A program made the translations under genes and the position numbers. This document shows positions 33,901 through 45,744 of a DNA stretch of 64,000 bases, piece by piece (position 1 is the stretch's first letter; each line of letters starts with the position of its first letter). Below the pieces are notes generated by a model. That model saw only the letters and a program-made list of their open reading frames with translations, ran no database searches and was not told the DNA's origin. Source of the DNA: Malacoraja senta (Eukaryota); NCBI GenBank assembly GCA_038087875.1, contig CM075988.1:26724001-26788000 (forward strand), written 5' to 3'.

Positions 33901-36900
33901 AACAACTATCCTCCACTAACCGCATTTACTGGAAGTTACTCTGCTTTTATCGGGAGAAGTTGTTGTAATTCCTCCACTATTTAAAATGAGCAAATTTACT
34001 TAGAATATTTCCAACTGATAGTTGAGAATAATGATGCTGTTGTCAATAAAGATGCAATTATTTTAAGTTGATGAAAGAGCATCTTACCGATGAGTGGAGT
34101 GTGCAGGGAAGTGATGGCGAGCTCATTGTGGAGGTTGATGCGGAACACTGTGTATCCCAGCAAGGTGCTGGATTTGAACGTTATTCTGCCGCTGCTGTTT
34201 GGAGGCAGGAAGTAGCTGGTCACATCGACCAGCATCAGGAACATGCTGGGCAGCAGCAAACTGACCACGTGGAGCAACGGTCTCCGTCTTATTACAATCT
34301 GCAAAAAGCAAACCACTTTTGAGGAACGTCTCGACCCGAAAGGTCACCCGTTCTTTCTCTCCAGAGATGCTGCCTGTCCCGCTGAGTTACTCCAGCATTT
34401 GGTGTCTAAAAGCAAACTGCTGCTACATTCCAGTTATTTTATCAGTCCTCTTCAAAGTTAAGTGGTGAGTTTAGGGCATTGATGGGTAAGAGTGGGGGAG
34501 ATATGCTGAAATATTTGCCCAGATGACCAGAGAATTCACTCTTTAATGAATCATATCCCACCACCTCCTCCCCAGCATCAGGGGAACGTGGAATTAAATC
34601 CCATTAAGACTTTGGGGGAATTTAGGTCCAAAAAGGACTCGCTCAGGGTTACGTAGGAAGGAAGTGCAGATGCTGGTTTAAACCGAAGATGGATACAAAA
34701 AGCTGGAGTAACTCAACGGGTCAGGCAGCATCTTTGGAGAAAAAGAATAGGTGACATTTTGGGTCATGACCCTTCTTCAGACCGAGAGTCAGGGGAGAGG
34801 GAAATGAGAGATATAGACGGTGATATAGATAGATCTATCATTTCCTTTCCCCTGATAGCCTGAAGAATGTTTGATGCATTGGGAATATTTTTTAATATCC
34901 TATGAAACTGACATAAAGATGTCTGCATCATATTTTCGGATTCATTGTGTCTGTAGATTTAGAGTGATCTCGACGATCGACTTACGTTAAACTGAATCTG
35001 AGCGTAGTCATCACCTTCGCCGTGCAACCTTTGGTATGTGGAAGGGACAGAGAGAAGCTCCCACTCACTGTCACCTAAAAACGCCCTGGTGTCATTCTCA
35101 ACCTCCGCAAGACTTCTCCAAAACTTGAGGTTGACATCATTTACTGTCATAAAGCAAAGAGAAAGGGAGCAATATCACTTCATATGGCAATATTGTTATT
35201 ATTCATTCATGGGACTTTAGACAATAAAACCTAGGTGGAATATTATGGGAGAGTGTAATAGAGGAGAAGGCAGGAGAATGGGGTTTGGAGGGAGAGATAG
35301 ATCAGCCATGATTGAATGGCAGAGTATGGCCTAATTCTACCCCTATTCCTTACGACCTTAGAAGGCCATTTGGCCCATCGGGTCTGCACCGCCATTCAGT
35401 CATGGCTGATCTACTTTTCTCTCTCAACCCCTTCTCCCCATAACATTTGACAATAGTTTGTTTTGGTCCCTTTTATAAGGGAACAGAATTGCTCCGGATG
35501 CATCTTACTGAATGCTTTATGTCTGAGGGGGATTTAAAAATTATAAAGGTTTTGATAAACTAAAGTAGCAATATTCACGGGTCAGTGATCTGGTAACTAG
35601 AAGGTAACATTGCTTGGGAGTTTAGGGGAGTTCTGATTAGGATTAGAACTCAGAAATATGGAGGAAGCAGAATCTATTATACTTTTTTAAAGGAGAAATA
35701 GAAAACTAAATGAGAAAAGAGGGAGCAGAGCAGGAAGATGTTTGGGAAATTACACCAGAGAATGGGATCATGTCTACAGTTCTGTCAGCTAGATGGCTCC
35801 GACACACAATGGACATCTTGTGAATTGTAAAACAGGTGGAGTACATTCACCCGCTGATGCCCACCTCAATAATAACAAATACACTCTCAGCTCCACTTCT
35901 GAAATTCAGTTCCATTGCTGTCAATGGAATTGAATCTTAGGAGCAGAGATCAAAGCACCAAAGTGACTTTGACCACAAACCAGCCATGAATCTCTCCCCT
36001 GGATGTTCTTCTCCAAAGATTTGTTACACAGCTGAAGAGAAATTGATGCAGAACTGTAAATTATGTTAGCAGAAGTATGAAATGCTTCCAGTAAAGACTA
36101 GAGAGACAAGGAAAAGCAGATAAATTTCTTGCTGAAAACAACCCCCCTGCATGCGGTGACTTTGTGGTCCTTCTCTCTTCTCATGTGTCCTGCATAATAT
36201 AATCACCACCCCTCAGACAGTCACAGGCCACTTCTGTAAAAGATGTCTCCATTAACTTGTCTTGATCATTTACCATCCAAAGCACTTATGTTGTAACCAA
36301 ATCCATATTGCAATGTAAGTGGATAACAGCCACGCGTTGGTAATTGGCGGAGGGGAAAGGATTCATGGCCGGGACAAGTAGGCTGTTACAAAGGACATAA
36401 CTGCTGCACATAGAAAGAGACAATCAAGTTAAGCTTTGAGTGCTTGACTTTATTTCTTCTTTCCCTGTGCAATCATTTTCATTTTTTTAGAAGCGTTTAA
36501 CTGACACTATGTTCCAGATTTATATTGGAGATTTAAATAACACACTCACTCTATACTGACAATCTTCACAATTCACAATTCCCAACAGGGTCAGGGAAGG
36601 CACGGGGGTTAAAATCGATCCCCAGATCTCTCCTGCCCACAATTACAATTATTGAAAGGGTAAAAAAATACCTGATGCTGAAACACAGTTTAACTATTTT
36701 AATTACCTCTCCCATTATCTGTCCATGAACTGCCCCAGAATGCAGGCTTATAACAATTTTATGAACCCAACACTATTATTCCAGATCCTTCCAAAAGCTC
36801 CCATGTTGTTTACAGATAGCAGATGTAGGAAGTGTTTGCACAGTTACAATTTAAACCTACTCTAGATCCTTTCCCTTCAACCCTTGCTACCAAAGAACAT

Positions 36901-39900
36901 CGTTTCATCCATCATGTCTTTCTCCTGCCTGTCCAGCATCGTTTTATTATCCCACCAACTTGATGCTCGGCAGACAGAAAGAGAGGCATCTGAAGAAGGA
37001 TCTCGACCTGAAACGTCACCCATTCCTTCTCTCCAGAGATGCTGCCTGTCCCGCTGAGTTACTCCTGCATTTTGTGTCTATCTAAAGTTAGAGGGAAATG
37101 GATTCTGAAATGCAAATAAAGCAGGGAAAGGAAAACAGAAGGGGCTGTTTTATTAAGCTGGAAGAGATTAAGGGGTAATAGTGTGAAATAATGTCGAGAG
37201 GAAGTGAAAATATGGATGGAGTATAGAGTGATAGAGTCTTACAGTGTGGAAACTGGCTCTTTAGCCCAATTTACCCACACCGGCCAACATGTCCTAGTTA
37301 CACTGGTCCCAACTGCCTGCATTTGGCCCATATCCCTCTAAACCTGTCCTAGCCATGCACCTGTTGAACTGTTTCCAAGCTTGGTCATTGTACCATCCAC
37401 ACTACTGATTCCACCCAGTACTAGCCCTGCAGATGTTTGCGGTGCTGAACAACTGTGCAGATGTTTATGATGTTGAACAGACATGCAGATGTTGATGGTG
37501 TTGACCAGGTGTATAATGGCCAGGTGCTTCTCTCTGCCCACCTGTGTGCATCCAGCTGCCAAAGGTGAAGCTGCAGTTCTGTTGATCAAAGGGGAAGGCG
37601 TAAATCTTCAGGTTACAGGCAGAGACCACTTGCATCGGCTTGTAGTTTTTAACCACTCCAGAGGCGTTCACATACACGTAGGGCAGGTGGGGCGAGTTGC
37701 CGATGTCGATACTGCAAGCGGAAAATACCGGCACTTGTTTAACCGTCAACAAACCTAAAGTGAACAATTGCGATTGTTGGCAAATTCCTAGCATGCAAAG
37801 TTTGCAAAGTAAAATATTCCAAGGCAAAACCTGCGAGATGAAATATAATTTGAGACTCAATGTGGACCCTTAATCCAGGCACTGAGAGTAAAATAGACAG
37901 AGGTTCATCCTCATGAAGGTTAGAATCTGTTATTAAAATGTACAGGCCATACAGAATAAATCTAACAACAAGATTTATTGGCATAGGTTCGTCATTGAGA
38001 TGCAGTGCATTGGAACAGTAGACCCCCCCTCTACCCCCCCCCATCCTCCCCCCCTACCCCCCTCCACCCCACCCTCCACTCCCTTCCCCCCGCCAGACGG
38101 TGGGGCCCAGGCACTTCAGTCGTGGCTGAGTGAGTTCCAGGCATGTTCCAGTGATCAGACTGCACAATGCTTCTGTGTGTTACCTTGCCAGTGTGGCAAC
38201 AACAGATGTTTAATACCTTCAGATGTGGCATGAAACAAGGTTCCATCGATGCTCTGCGGTGGATGCAGAAGCTCAAACTTGTGCTAGTTTGAAAAAGAGA
38301 TGTTGAGTTGGGTTTATTGTCACCTGTACCGAGGTACAGTGAAAAGCTTTAGTTGGGGAGAAGTTCTCCCCAATGCTGTGATATTTGTCCCACACACACA
38401 CACACACAATGGCCTTGTCTCCATGATGCTTGTGGGAAGTTGCTTTGCACAATTTGCTGCGGTTCCTCCAGTACAATATGATTGTGTCCACTCAGTGCTT
38501 TGAGGTGTTCTGAGGAAGTTCCGCAGGGTTTTGCTTTGGATAATAGACAAATATATTTGATGAAAATCAAAGTTCTCTCATCTACTGCTAAGAACACATG
38601 GTTTATGCCAATTACTTACAATTCTTGAATGATTATGTCAGGGATCCAGATAGCTTCAACAGGCAGAGAAATTTCATTGATCTGGTCAAAATGTGTTGGG
38701 TTCCACACGAGGTAGTCATCCATCCATAGCTGCAAGAGTGAAAGGAGGCTGTGTGTGAGATTGCCTGTTTATACCCATGTTCTTTAACTCCGACCATGCA
38801 TGAACATTGGCAATAGAACGGTGTTGATGTCTAAATTCAATAAAAAGGAACTGCAGATGCTGGTTTATCCCAAAGATAGACACAAAATGCTGGAGTGACT
38901 CAGCGGGTCAGGCAGCATCTCTGGAGAACATGTCTGAAGAAGTCCTGACCCGAAATGTCACCTATCCATTTTCTCCAGAGATGCTGCATGATAGACACAA
39001 TACTCCAGCATTTTGTGTCTATCTTTCAGCCCAAATTCAAGATTGCACAGATGAGAGTTGAGCCGGTGAAACAAGTCAAGAACTTAAAGGAGCTTAAAGG
39101 AAACTACATGTCCTTTACGCTCTTAACTTTAATGGTTCAACCTTTATGTTCCTGTCCGTTCTAGGGTCGTTCAAGTGTTATTGTTGCTACCTTTGATCTC
39201 CAGGCGATTTGTGGAATGGTTGACTGCTGTGCTTTGTTGTTAATGGGGGCTTTTGCTAAAATGAGCAGCAGAGTTCTCAGCTCGTTAAGTAACAGTTGGT
39301 CCTCATTACACTGGGACTGTGTGCAGAAATGTCAGTAGAATAAGTTGACAAAATGTACCAATGATCCAGGAATGGTATAGAAGAAAATTCCATTCTCTCT
39401 GCACTCAATCATCCTTCACTTCAGTCCACTAATTTTCAAATGCATTTTGAGATGGGGCTGGAAGCACAGTGGAAGCATGGTGGCACAGCGGTAGAGTTGC
39501 TGCCTTACAGCGCCTGAGACCCGGGTTCCATCCTAGGTACGGGTGCTGTCTGTACTGAGTTTATACATTCACCCTGTGACCACGTGGGTTTTCTCCAGTC
39601 TCCTCCACATTTCAAAGATATGCAAGTTTGTAGGTTAATTGGCTTCTGTAAATTGTTCCTAGTGAGTGGGATAGAACTGGTGTACGGGGATCGCTGGTCG
39701 GCTTGGACTCGATGGGCTGGAATGTCTGTTTCCAGGCTGTATCGCTAAACTAAACTAAACAGGTCATAAAATACTAGCTCCTACTATGCTGTGGGCAGGT
39801 ATTTGTCCAGATTGACAGTATCCTCAGTGTAACTGCTGAGAACTGGTCTGTACTTCCATCTCACCAGACCAGCACTCCAAACAGTGATTTAACACATAGA

Positions 39901-42900
39901 CACAATCGTTAAACCAGATCCCCCTCGGTATCTGCTTGGCCTCCAGAAAACTAATTTTAATTGGGTGTCTTTGGTTATTTAATAAAAGATGTTGCAGACT
40001 GTTCACAGTTCTGTGGGTTTCTGACATGGAATGGGAACTTTGTTTTTCTTCACACAGGTACTTCTGCTGCCCAGTGTTTTCACCATTCTCTGGTTTTATT
40101 TCAGTTCCAGCATCAGCAATTTTTTTTTTTTGTCTTCACCAATATCAATCACTCCTATTTTGGCACCTCATCCTTGAACTGCCTGATATTCTAGGGGGAT
40201 GAACTTGGTAAGTATAAATAAAATAATTAAATTAAAGAAAGAAAATTTGGTTATGAATAAAACCGGGTAAAAATCTAATATTCTCCGGTAATAAAAAACA
40301 TATCGTTTAGTTTAGTTTAGTTCATTCAAGTCAAGTCAAGTCACATTTATTTATATAGCACATTTAAAAAACAACTCTCGTTGGCCAAAGTGCTTTACAT
40401 TTGTTATAAGAATAATATAAACAAACAAACTACATACATATATACATATATACGCTCAGAGGACGTCAAGAAAAGCTTGGGAGTATAGATACGTTTTTAG
40501 TCTTGACTTAAAGGAGTCGATGGAGGGGGCAGTTCTGATGGGAAGGGGGATGCTGTTCCACAGTCTAGGGGCTGCAACCGCAAAGGCGCGGTCGCCCCTG
40601 AGCTTATGCCTAGACCGTGGGATATTCAGCAACCCCAAGTCGGCCGATCTGAGGGACCTGGAGGTGGAGTGGTGGGTGAGCAGACTTTTAATGTAGGTGG
40701 GGGCAAGCCCATTGAGGGCTTTGTAGACACAGAGGAGGATCTTGAAATGTATACGGAACCGCACAGGGAGCCAGTGGAGATAGGCCAGGATCGGGGTGAT
40801 GTGGTCCCTTTTTCGGGTGCCCGTCAGGAGTCTCGCTGCGGCGTTTTGGACCAGTTGCAGGTGGGACAGGGAAGATTGGCTGATGCCAGTGTAAAGGGAG
40901 TTGCAGTAATCTAGGCGGGAGGAGATAACTGCAACTCATTGTCATGTGTACCGAGGTACAGTGAAAAGCTTTTGTGACATAGATACAGACATAGTGTGCT
41001 CACCAACACACTAACCAATAGGGCTATTCCCCTGTCCCTGTAGATGTCATAATACTGGGAAACGTACACTAGTATATTTGTGTATTTGGTGCCATAAACC
41101 TGTGACATACTGCTGTAAGCAGCTATAACTTAGCTAAGGTAGGAGGGTAATATGGTGAACACGTTGACAATGACTGGTTCTAGACATACCTGCCGGTACC
41201 AGACACTAGTGGTCAACTTCTGGTTTTGGCCATCCTGAAAGGTAATAAAGAAAAAAATATTTGTGAATAACAAAGTTAATACATGTTCGTTCATTTTGAT
41301 GCAGATTTGTAAGCATGTTTGTGAATATTAGATGAATAATTGGTTGTTTTTACTGGGCTATTTTAGCATCTCAATCGTTAACTGTTGACGATTGTTAACA
41401 GTTAACGATTAACTATGAACTAACTTTGAACTAACTTTGTCAGAGCTGTGTAAATGAGATATTCACCCTGTGTAGTAAAGACAAGATTGAAAGTCTGGTC
41501 TCACACACCAGTGTTGAACTGAGGAAACATTTCACCAAGAGAGCACTTCCTGTTACACAAAGAATCAAACCACATTCACACAATAATTCCTGCTTCTCCT
41601 TGGAGTCATGACCAACATTCACCCCTCAACCAACAGAATTAAAACTCTGTTAGATATTTGACTATTTTGTTTTACACGACAATGAGATTATTTCAAAGGT
41701 GCAGCGGCAGGCAGTACATAGGACAGTTCCGTACGTTTGTAACTTTGTGGCACCAACATGTGATGACACTTGTGTACTCCCTACACTAGGTTGTGTACAA
41801 AACCAAGCTTTCCACTGTGCCTCAGTTCCCTGGATACATGTGACAAGAAAGAAAGTCCTCCGCTCAGTTCGCTTTAACCAACCTGACCTCCCGGTGGCTC
41901 AGCACTTCAACTCCCCCTCCCATTCCAAATCCAACCTTTCTGTCCTGGGCCTCCTCCATGGCCAGAGTGAGTCCCACCGCAAATTGGAGGAGCAGCACCT
42001 CATATTTCGCTTGGGTAGTTTACACCCCAGCGGTATGAACATTGACTTCTCCAATTTCAGGTAGTCCTTGCTTTCTCCCTCCTTCCCCTCCCATTCCCAG
42101 CTCTCCCACAGCCCACTGTCTCCGCCTCTTCCTTTCTTCTTCCCACCCCCCCCCCCCACCCCCACATCAGTCTGAAGAAGGGTCTTGACCCGAAACGTCA
42201 CCAATTCCTTTGCTCCATAGATGCTGCCTCACCCGCTGAGTTTCTCCAGCATTTTTGTCTACCTTCCATTTTTCCAGCATCTGCAGTTCTTTCTTAAACA
42301 GAAAGTATCATTCATTCAACATACTTCATTGGATATGAAAACTTGCTACATCCTTGATTAAAAGGTTTGAATAAATCTGCCTGGTTTTCTCCCAAGCAGC
42401 CCTTAATCCATGCAGTATTCTACCAAATTTACAGCATGATCTTGTTTTAAATGTTAGATTAAACAATAACCCCCACATATGAATATGTATGTTAGTGTGA
42501 ATAGTTTACCACATCAAGCACAGCATGAAGGATAAAGTCAATATAAATGGTAGTGGGCTGGGTCCAGTTTTTTACTGGTCGGATGCCTTTGTCATAGTTC
42601 AGCAGTAGTGTCTCTGTTAGATGATGTACTGTTGAATTCTGCACTGATGCACCAGAGCCAACACCACCTGTAAGGAAGAGAACAAGTTAAAATAATCACC
42701 CACAAAACTGTTGGGGTGATGGGATTTCCATTTTACATACAATACCATAGTTAACTATGATGGCACAGTGGCGCAGCTGGTAGAGCTGATGCCTTATTGC
42801 GCCAGGGACCTGAGTTTGGTCCTGACATTGGGTGCTGTCTGTGCAGAGTTTGCGTGTTCTCCCTGGAACCATGTGGGCTTCCTCCCACATCCAAAGCCAT

Positions 42901-45631
42901 GCAGGCTGGTCAGTCATTTGGCCTCTGTAAGCTGTGGTCAATGTGTCGGGGGTGGATGAGAAAGTGGGATAACAAAGAAACACAGAGTCAGAGAGCACAA
43001 AATCGGGACCTTTGGCCCATGCCAGCCAAGATGCCCCATCTAGGATGGTACGCATGTGGAACAAGCTGCCAGAGGAGGTAGTTGAGCCAAGTACTATAAC
43101 AAAATGTAAAAGACATTTGGACAGGTACATGGATAGGAAATGTTAAGAGGGATATGGACCAAACGTGGGTGAATGGGACTGTCTTAGATGGGGCATCTTG
43201 CTTGGCATGGATGAGTTGGGAAGAGGGCCTGTTTCCATGCTGGATGACTCTGTGATTCTTAACAGGGGTATTTTATTTTAAGTACAGAGAGGATGGATAC
43301 ATACGCTTGACTCCCTGATCGGCACAAAGCAGCTGCAACATATTGCCCTCCACTTTCAAAGTTCAATGACAATGAATCATGGAAATGATGCATGATATGT
43401 GGTCACTGCCATGAAGTGCATTTAGCACCACCACCACTTATTGTAGGTGAATCCTTCAAGCCACCGACAGCCTCCTGCTCCTACCACCAATAGAAGTTGA
43501 TATTCCTTTTTATTGCGGCAATACATTTTGCTTTCAACTCCTTGGACGATCTTGCCGGCCCCATTTGTGATCATGTTAATTATATCTGTTGATGGTAATG
43601 GCATAACCCTTGTATTAGATTCCCATTATAAGGGCCATCTCATTCTAAAACAATTTTCAGTGCTTATTCCCATAGCACAATGGATTGTTAATGGCTGTGT
43701 GTTAAGAGCCTGATTTCCAAAGTAATTATGTCTCTAAAGGCCTCTTTTTGAAAAGGCATTTACCTTGCAAACGATCCCTGTGGAGATTTTCCACTTGGTA
43801 ATTAATGCTCAGATTATGGAGTTGTAGAACTGTGTAGAATTTGCCGGTAGGGAAGGATAACATGGAAAGGCAACTTTTTCTTAACGTTTTAGTTCCTTTG
43901 TCTTGAAGCATTCACCTGTCAATAATTACATTGATAGATGAACATCACCTATTTTAAAAACTCACGCACTATCTTTCAGACAAACGTATCAAGAAATATA
44001 AGGCCCAATGTTTTAAACAACACGACACAGGGGTGTGTCATCATAGGAAGTTGGATTAATGATGTTGAATATAAGTAATGGTTTGATAAAATTGCTCCTG
44101 TAGTGTTTAAGGTTATTAAAATAACTAGCGTGCACAATGATGTGAGCAGTGAGTTTTCAGGCATCATTTCAAACACAGTTTTTCAGAGGCTCCTGGTTTG
44201 TGCTGCTTTATGATCAGCCATTCTGCATGTTATTCAATAGAAGGTAGACAAAAATGCTGGAGAAACTCAGCGGGTGAGGCAGCATCTATGGAGCGAAGGA
44301 ATAGGCAACGTTTTGGGTCGAGACCCTTCTTCAGACTCAATATAGTTCAGTATCAATGAGGAATGAGTTGGTCGATGGGACCCAACAGGAAGGATTCAAC
44401 CCAGACGATGAAAGTAGCAGACGTGATTCATACTTAAGAGGTAAATTTAGAAGAGCAATTATTACAGTCGATCTAATAAAATAGGGAAAGAAAGAAAGGT
44501 TTTGATAATTGCATTTTAACTGGAAGAGACGAGTTTGTAAAAACAAAATTGTTGGGATTAGTTACTCAAACATTTTAGGTCAGGAATTGAATCAAAGATT
44601 CAGCATTCCTACTTATTGGTCAAACTGGAAGTATTATTCTTGTAAGGATCAAAAAGAGATACTATCGACTAATACACTGCACTACACTACAGTACATACA
44701 CTAATATATCACTGAAACAGTCCAGCTTCTTGTACTGGCCAAAAAGAGAAGGCTGAAAATAACATGTAAGATAAATACAGAAATAGTTCAAAAGCCATCC
44801 TTGGACTTTAACATCTTGTTGCCTGAAGTAGATACAGGTAACCAAATATAAAATACTTACTGTTAAAATTATATTCATTTATTTGAGATAAGGAATTGAG
44901 TTCCCCATAAACGGTAACGAGTTTGACTCCACATTCGTGTGTTTTTGTAGTTACTAAACCATTTTCATTATCGATGTGAATGCATAAAATCCATTTCTTT
45001 CAACAGAGCTAATTTATAAGCACCCATTCCATCAACATTAAAGATTGTAGAAACATATCACTGTGAATTGCTTCTGCTGTGGGGTGGATAATAGAACCAT
45101 AGAATAAAACTTTAGTTACATCATTTTACACCTAGATAATGCCAAATGCTCATCATCTATTCAGTTAAGAAAATGAAAACTATTCTTAAAATATCTCAGT
45201 ATTTTGTTAAATATATTTAAGCTCCTAAGTCATTTCAGTTCTGAAGAAGGGTCTCAACCCGAAACGTTGCCCATTCCTTCTCTCCAGAGATGTGGCCTGT
45301 CCGGCTGAGTTTCTCCAGCATTTTGTGTCTATCTTCATTTCAGTTCTGAAGACTCAGCGGGTCAGACAGCATCTCTGGAGAAAAGGAATAGGTGACTTTT
45401 CGGGTCGAGGCCCTTCTTCAGACTGAATCAGGGGAAAGGGAAACGAGAGAATATAGACAATGTCAAAAGCCAACGGCAGGGATGTGGAAGCCGACTGCCG
45501 TTTACAATTATTCCAAAATACATCAATCAAATACGTACAAATCCAGTTAGAAAATTCAGAGAGATAATAGAAATGTTTCCTCACGAGACCTTACCTGTAA
45601 TCAGGCCGAAGAGGAACAGAGCCAGTGACAT
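30626..45631 (-). CDS. HTR3B: 5-hydroxytryptamine receptor 3B, 9 coding exons, about 467 aa: join(45631-45595, 42667-42510, 41234-41190, 38729-38620, 37711-37542, 35143-34986, 34298-34088, 32433-32203, 30909-30626)
   Basis: GT-AG introns with consistent phases. 5-HT3B-type features: AFLGDSEWELLSV, AQIQFN, M2 RITFKSSTLLGYTVFRIN, no MA arginines, position directly upstream of HTR3A. Exon 8 donor and exon 9 acceptor are less certain. Confidence 0.92.
31257..31580. repeat. Minisatellite: 26-bp core GTAGAATTGGGACATGTATTAACTTG plus variable G-run linkers, 8 copies
   Basis: Direct reading; lies in HTR3B intron 8. Confidence 0.92.
32203..32433 (-). CDS. HTR3B: HTR3B exon 8 (M3 and intracellular loop); 3' end ambiguous (32245, 32239 or 32203)
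   Basis: Acceptor cttccacag; [25 protein letters not shown]; three in-phase GT donors. Confidence 0.85.
33150..33480 (+). mobile_element. Penelope-like element 3' region
   Basis: CAAGTAGCCCTTGCATTCC...CAGCCAACAATGGACCATTGTGGGCTCC...CTGAAGAAGGGTCTCGACCTGAAGCGTC plus family tail. Confidence 0.75.
34088..34298 (-). CDS. HTR3B: HTR3B exon 7 (M1-M2)
   Basis: 211 nt; IVIRRRPLLHVVSLLLPSMFLMLVD...TPLIG; donor gtaaga. Confidence 0.96.
34986..35143 (-). CDS. HTR3B: HTR3B exon 6
   Basis: 158 nt, phase 1-0; NDVNLKFWRS...DSEWELLSV...YAQIQFN; donor gtaagt. Confidence 0.95.
37542..37711 (-). CDS. HTR3B: HTR3B exon 5 (Cys-loop)
   Basis: 170 nt; IDIGNSPHLPYVYVNASG...CNLKIYAFPFDQQNCSFTFGSWMHT. Confidence 0.96.
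38620..38729 (-). CDS. HTR3B: HTR3B exon 4
   Basis: 110 nt; LWMDDYLVWNPTHFDQINEISLPVEAIWIPDIIIQEF; donor gtaagt; not in the ORF track. Confidence 0.95.
39475..39760 (+). mobile_element. tRNA-derived SINE (HE1/V-SINE-like), full length
   Basis: A-box-like TGGCACAGCGG, B-box-like GGGTTCCATCC, V-domain-like body, (TAAAC)n tail. Confidence 0.88.
40327..40935 (-). mobile_element. L2-clade LINE 3' fragment
   Basis: FRIHFKILLCVYKALNGLAPTY...RSLRS...GDRAFAVAAPRLWNSIP...FKSRLKTYLY; (CTTGA)n tail; TCATT TSD at 40322-40326 and 40936-40940. Confidence 0.92.
41190..41234 (-). CDS. HTR3B: HTR3B exon 3
   Basis: 45 nt, DGQNQKLTTSVWYRQ; tttcag acceptor, gtatgt donor. Confidence 0.95.
41858..42300 (+). mobile_element. 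Penelope-like retroelement 3' end (GIY-YIG endonuclease C-terminus plus 3' region)
   Basis: DLPVAQHFNSPSH...RKLEEQHLIFRLGSLHPSGMN, stop at 42064, then hammerhead-like core at 42172-42199. Confidence 0.88.
42510..42667 (-). CDS. HTR3B: HTR3B exon 2
   Basis: 158 nt, phase 1-0; GGVGSGASVQNSTVHHLTETLLLNYDKGIRPVKNWTQPTTIYIDFILHAVLDV; acceptor cttccttacag. Confidence 0.94.
42759..43255 (+). mobile_element. HE1-like SINE followed by a CR1 3' fragment
   Basis: GGCACAGTGGCGCAGCTGGTAGAG head; CR1 tail from about 43045. Confidence 0.75.
45595..45631 (-). CDS. HTR3B: HTR3B exon 1 coding part (MSLALFLFGLIT)
   Basis: ATG, hydrophobic signal core, strong phase-1 donor CAG|gtaagg matching exon 2. Confidence 0.82.
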
Positions 45632-45736
45632 TTCTTTCCGAGAGGAGTTGTGTTTTGAGTCTTTGCTGCTTTATCTCGATTACAGTGAACGAAGTGAGAA
45701 ACATGTGGCAATTCTGACTATGCAGAGTTTCCCATC

Positions 45737-45744
45737 TTTAAATA
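45737..45744 (-). promoter_or_regulatory. Candidate TATA box (TATTTAAA) for HTR3B
   Basis: About 105 nt upstream of the predicted ATG; positional inference only. Confidence 0.35.

Noticed and set aside
37430..37450. Possible REST/RE1 site (TTCAGCACCGCAAACATCTGC on the minus strand)
   Set aside because: Only the left half matches; the GGACAG half is absent.
39475..39545. tRNA gene candidates at SINE heads
   Set aside because: They continue into SINE body and tail and do not form a full cloverleaf.
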